From the NCBI GenBank assembly GCA_019695175.1, contig JAIBAM010000001.1, positions 277,689-341,688 of the forward strand: a stretch of 64,000 bases of DNA, given 5' to 3'. Position numbers and translations under genes: made by a program. The stretch comes from Bdellovibrionales bacterium. GTDB taxonomy: Bacteria; Bdellovibrionota; Bdellovibrionia; Bdellovibrionales; UBA1609. Shown here piece by piece: positions 61,532 to 64,000 of the stretch (the stretch's first letter is position 1; each line of letters starts with the position of its first letter). The notes under the pieces are model-generated. The model searched no databases. It was given only the letters and a program-made list of their open reading frames with translations, and was not told the DNA's origin.

Positions 61532-61855
61532 TCATCTTTTCAAATCATGGAATGGAATTTGAACGATTGCGCATCCAATACTAGGTTGAATTTTAACGAT
61601 AAGACTAGTCACGTGTTCCCCGAGTAAGCCCGTCACTAATATAGTTCCAGACTCATCTATGTCTACTTCATCGACAGGTATCCTACTTCCAGCGTTCATT
61701 GGTAGTAAAGCTGTAATTTCTTTTATAACACTATTATTTGGGCAAATGAGATCAAAAGTGTACTTTTTATTTTGGAATCCGATTTTGAGTGCATTATCAT
61801 AAGCCATAGCTGATGAGCCCGCTAGAATCAGTGAAGCGATCAACATGTTCTTCAT
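61532..61855 (-). CDS. small secreted hypothetical protein (107 aa)
   Basis: AAGGAGG RBS and signal peptide MKNMLIASLILAGSSAMA. Confidence 0.65.
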   Translation of the reverse strand: MKNMLIASLILAGSSAMAYDNALKIGFQNKKYTFDLICPNNSVIKEITALLPMNAGSRIPVDEVDIDESGTILVTGLLGEHVTSLIVKIQPSIGCAIVQIPFHDLKR

Positions 61856-62328
61856 AAAAAATCCTCCTTATTCGGTTGGTTACAATTTTAGGTACACAGA
61901 TAACATTTTTTGGCACACAAAAGAGTCTTAAACATGCATTGTTTACATCAGGCTCTTCTGTTGTCTTTATAAGAGCGAAAATCGTGCCTAAGTCCTGATA
62001 GGAGGCCAAAGCGCGCGCTTCCTCATAGCAAATCGTACCGAGAGGGGCAGTTGCCTCGCAATGGGGGCACCTAAGCCCTCGGTTGCATCATAATCCCGAC
62101 ACCGAATCTTCTCTGGAAGATTGCACTCACGGGAGCCACCCAATCCAAGTACTGCAACCAAAAGAAAATTTTTTTTCTGTCCATAAGATTACTCTTTTAT
62201 CGTTTCTTCAATAAAATATACGTGCCATTCCTGTCTGGGTGTTAAGATATTGATTTTCTTTGAGGACGGAGCTTGTTAACGTTATTGACAATTGCACGCG
62301 GCCTAATTAGGAAGCCCATTTGGCATAA

Positions 62329-62892
62329 ATGTCCTTTTTAAAAAATAAAAAAGCAATTCTTTATTTTGAAGATGAGTCTACTGTTCAGATGGCACCTGTT
62401 TTGGGCAAGATCTGGGGGCCTATCGGAAAAAAAATAGTTCATAAAGTTACTGGCGATAGGGGCTCTGTCTCAGCTATTTCAGCCTTTAGTTCCAGCGGGC
62501 ATTTGATTTTCAATATTCACAAGTCAGGAAAAAGATTTGCGGCTGACGATATTATTAATTTTCTAAAAATGATACTGAAACACCATGCTCGTCGTCACCT
62601 AGTCGTCGTGATGGATCAGGCACCTTGCCATTGTGCCAAGAAGGTGAAAGCCTTCGCGTTTTCGAGTAGACAACTTCATCTTTTTTATCTTCCACCTCGA
62701 TCTCCAGAATTTAATCCAGACGAAAAGGTTTGAAGCCATCTTAAACATCATGAGTTGAAATCTCATGGAGCTAAGACTACAGATGAACTCAGGAAGCTCA
62801 CACATTGAAAATTTAAATCAATGGCAAAAAATCCTCGCAAAGTTATTGGCATCTTTAGACGGTGTGAAATAGCTCATCTCTATTTGCCTTAG
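62329..62892 (+). pseudogene. IS630-family transposase remnant (DDE_3 domain only, two in-frame TGA codons)
   Basis: ILYFEDES..., VVVMDQAPCH and LPPRSPEFNPDEKV-TGA-SHLKHHEL form an IS630-type DDE triad context. In-frame TGA codons lie at 62734 and 62806. The N-terminal HTH part is missing (in-frame TAA at 62326). Confidence 0.8.
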
Positions 62893-62928
62893 ATGCATAT
62901 TTTATTTCGTTATTATCTATATATACAA

Positions 62929-63249
62929 TTAGACGGCGACGACTTGTGGTGTAATTGTTCCATTATTTAGACCTTCAATAAACATTTTTGGACTTAAATT
63001 TCCTAAAGATCCATGCAATCTTCTATTATCGTAAAACAATATAAATCTAAAAGTGGATTCATACGCCTCTTCAAAATTTTTAAAATATTTTACTGTTATT
63101 AATTCTGTCTCTAATATTGAATTAAATGCTTCAACATAGGCCTTGCGATCTGGTGACCTGGTCGGAATAAATAGATATGTTAACTTTTGTTCTAAATTTT
63201 TTAAATAAATAAAAATAAAATTTATGACTCGGTCGGGGCCTTGCCTCAT
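62929..63249 (-). pseudogene. IS3-family transposase OrfB C-terminal fragment
   Basis: RSPDRKAYVEAFNSILETEL....FYDNRRLHGSLGNLSPKMF matches the P..DNA.IESFN...YN..RPH.SLG tail of IS3-family integrases. Only about 80 aa are homologous (62929 to about 63170). Confidence 0.7.
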
Positions 63250-63563
63250 CCCTTAAATCACCCACTCAGCCAACTTAAATTTCGACCTCGTCCTCATGTC
63301 TAAATGCGAATGACACTTTGGACTTGGCCATAAAAACTCCGATCTTTTCCTCTGGTGATATTGACATAATGGTATGGACGTAATTTTAACAGCAATAAAT
63401 TCAAAGAAATAATTGATCACGAAACAAATTTTTGAAAAAAATTTATCCTTTTAATACCTATAGAATACTAGAAACGTAGATTGAGTTTTAAACTAAACCT
63501 AACTTACTTTCAGAATCGGCCCGCGCTCCGCACGGGTGGGAGTTATGGACAATCTGACTGATG

Positions 63564-64000
63564 TTAATAGCTGCAGGTATCAAATTTTTTGGAGGGCCCA
63601 ACATCATATTTTGTGAGTTCTTGTGGAGCACAAAGTATACTGTCATCTGTAGTAGCCTCCTCACTGACATCTTTTTCATATCCATGAATTAAACCATCGG
63701 AAATGTTATTCGCAAAAGTACTGCTTCTTGTTGGATATATTTTGTCGTAAGTCATACTTTCCAAAAGGCTTCCAATGTAGATGTTCCCAGGTTGTATATT
63801 ATTATATTCCACAAACAAATTTGCAGTTTCAGGATAACCATTCATACCATTGGCCATGTCACTTAGGAGAATATTCCCCGCTACTGTTCGGATTTCAGGG
63901 TTATCAATTGATTACAATAAACCTTATGGCCGGGACCATGAATTCGAATTCCCTGATGATGGTTTTTAATTTCTAGTTTATTATTTAGCTTAATGTAGTT
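63564..64000 (-). pseudogene. frameshifted fragment of a possible parallel beta-helix repeat protein
   Basis: Two minus-strand frames join near 63900. One reads ...IKNHHQGIRIHGPGHKVY. The other reads NPEIRTVAGNILLSDMANGMNGYPETANLFVEYNNIQPGNIYIG. The family guess is weak. Confidence 0.35.

Overview
This is a 64 kb, AT-rich chromosomal window (roughly 40% G+C by eye, not computed). It is gene-dense, with about 62 protein-coding genes and 3 gene remnants. I found no rRNA, tRNA or CRISPR array.

Taxonomy: gene content points, with moderate confidence, to a Bdellovibrio-and-like predatory bacterium (Bdellovibrionota). The pointers are a 64-aa histone-fold protein very like Bd0055/HBb, a csrA-fliW pair, and many orphan secreted proteins and lipoproteins.

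Most of the window is core housekeeping:
- Translation and tRNA: rpsF, rplI, ileS, asnS, gatCAB, trmB, trmFO, prmA, rsmE.
- Envelope: lspA, lgt, mltG, bamD, an SLT lytic transglycosylase, a heptose-phosphate adenylyltransferase.
- DNA metabolism: ligA, recO, a DciA/DUF721 protein.
- Catabolism: a propionyl-CoA carboxylase plus methylmalonyl-CoA mutase operon, and an AST-like succinyltransferase operon.
- Signalling: receiver-GGDEF, PilZ and cNMP-binding proteins.

I did not find a convincing multi-gene novel system such as a defence, secretion or toxin system.

The observations most worth a second look are:
- the bacterial histone gene at 26561-26755;
- prmA, whose N-terminal domain has no canonical start codon but has a strong SD followed by an in-frame ATT;
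- the ileS SD and start codon, which sit inside a terminator-shaped hairpin;
- a four-gene succinyltransferase operon that lacks astB and astE and carries an M20 deacylase instead;
- a roughly 55-nt intergenic repeat pair that brackets a three-gene segment;
- a (CCTATTAA)x5 tandem repeat;
- a decayed mobile-element patch at the right edge (61.9-64 kb), including an IS630 remnant with in-frame TGA codons, one at a conserved Trp position.

All protein-family calls come from motif recognition by eye. No searches were run.
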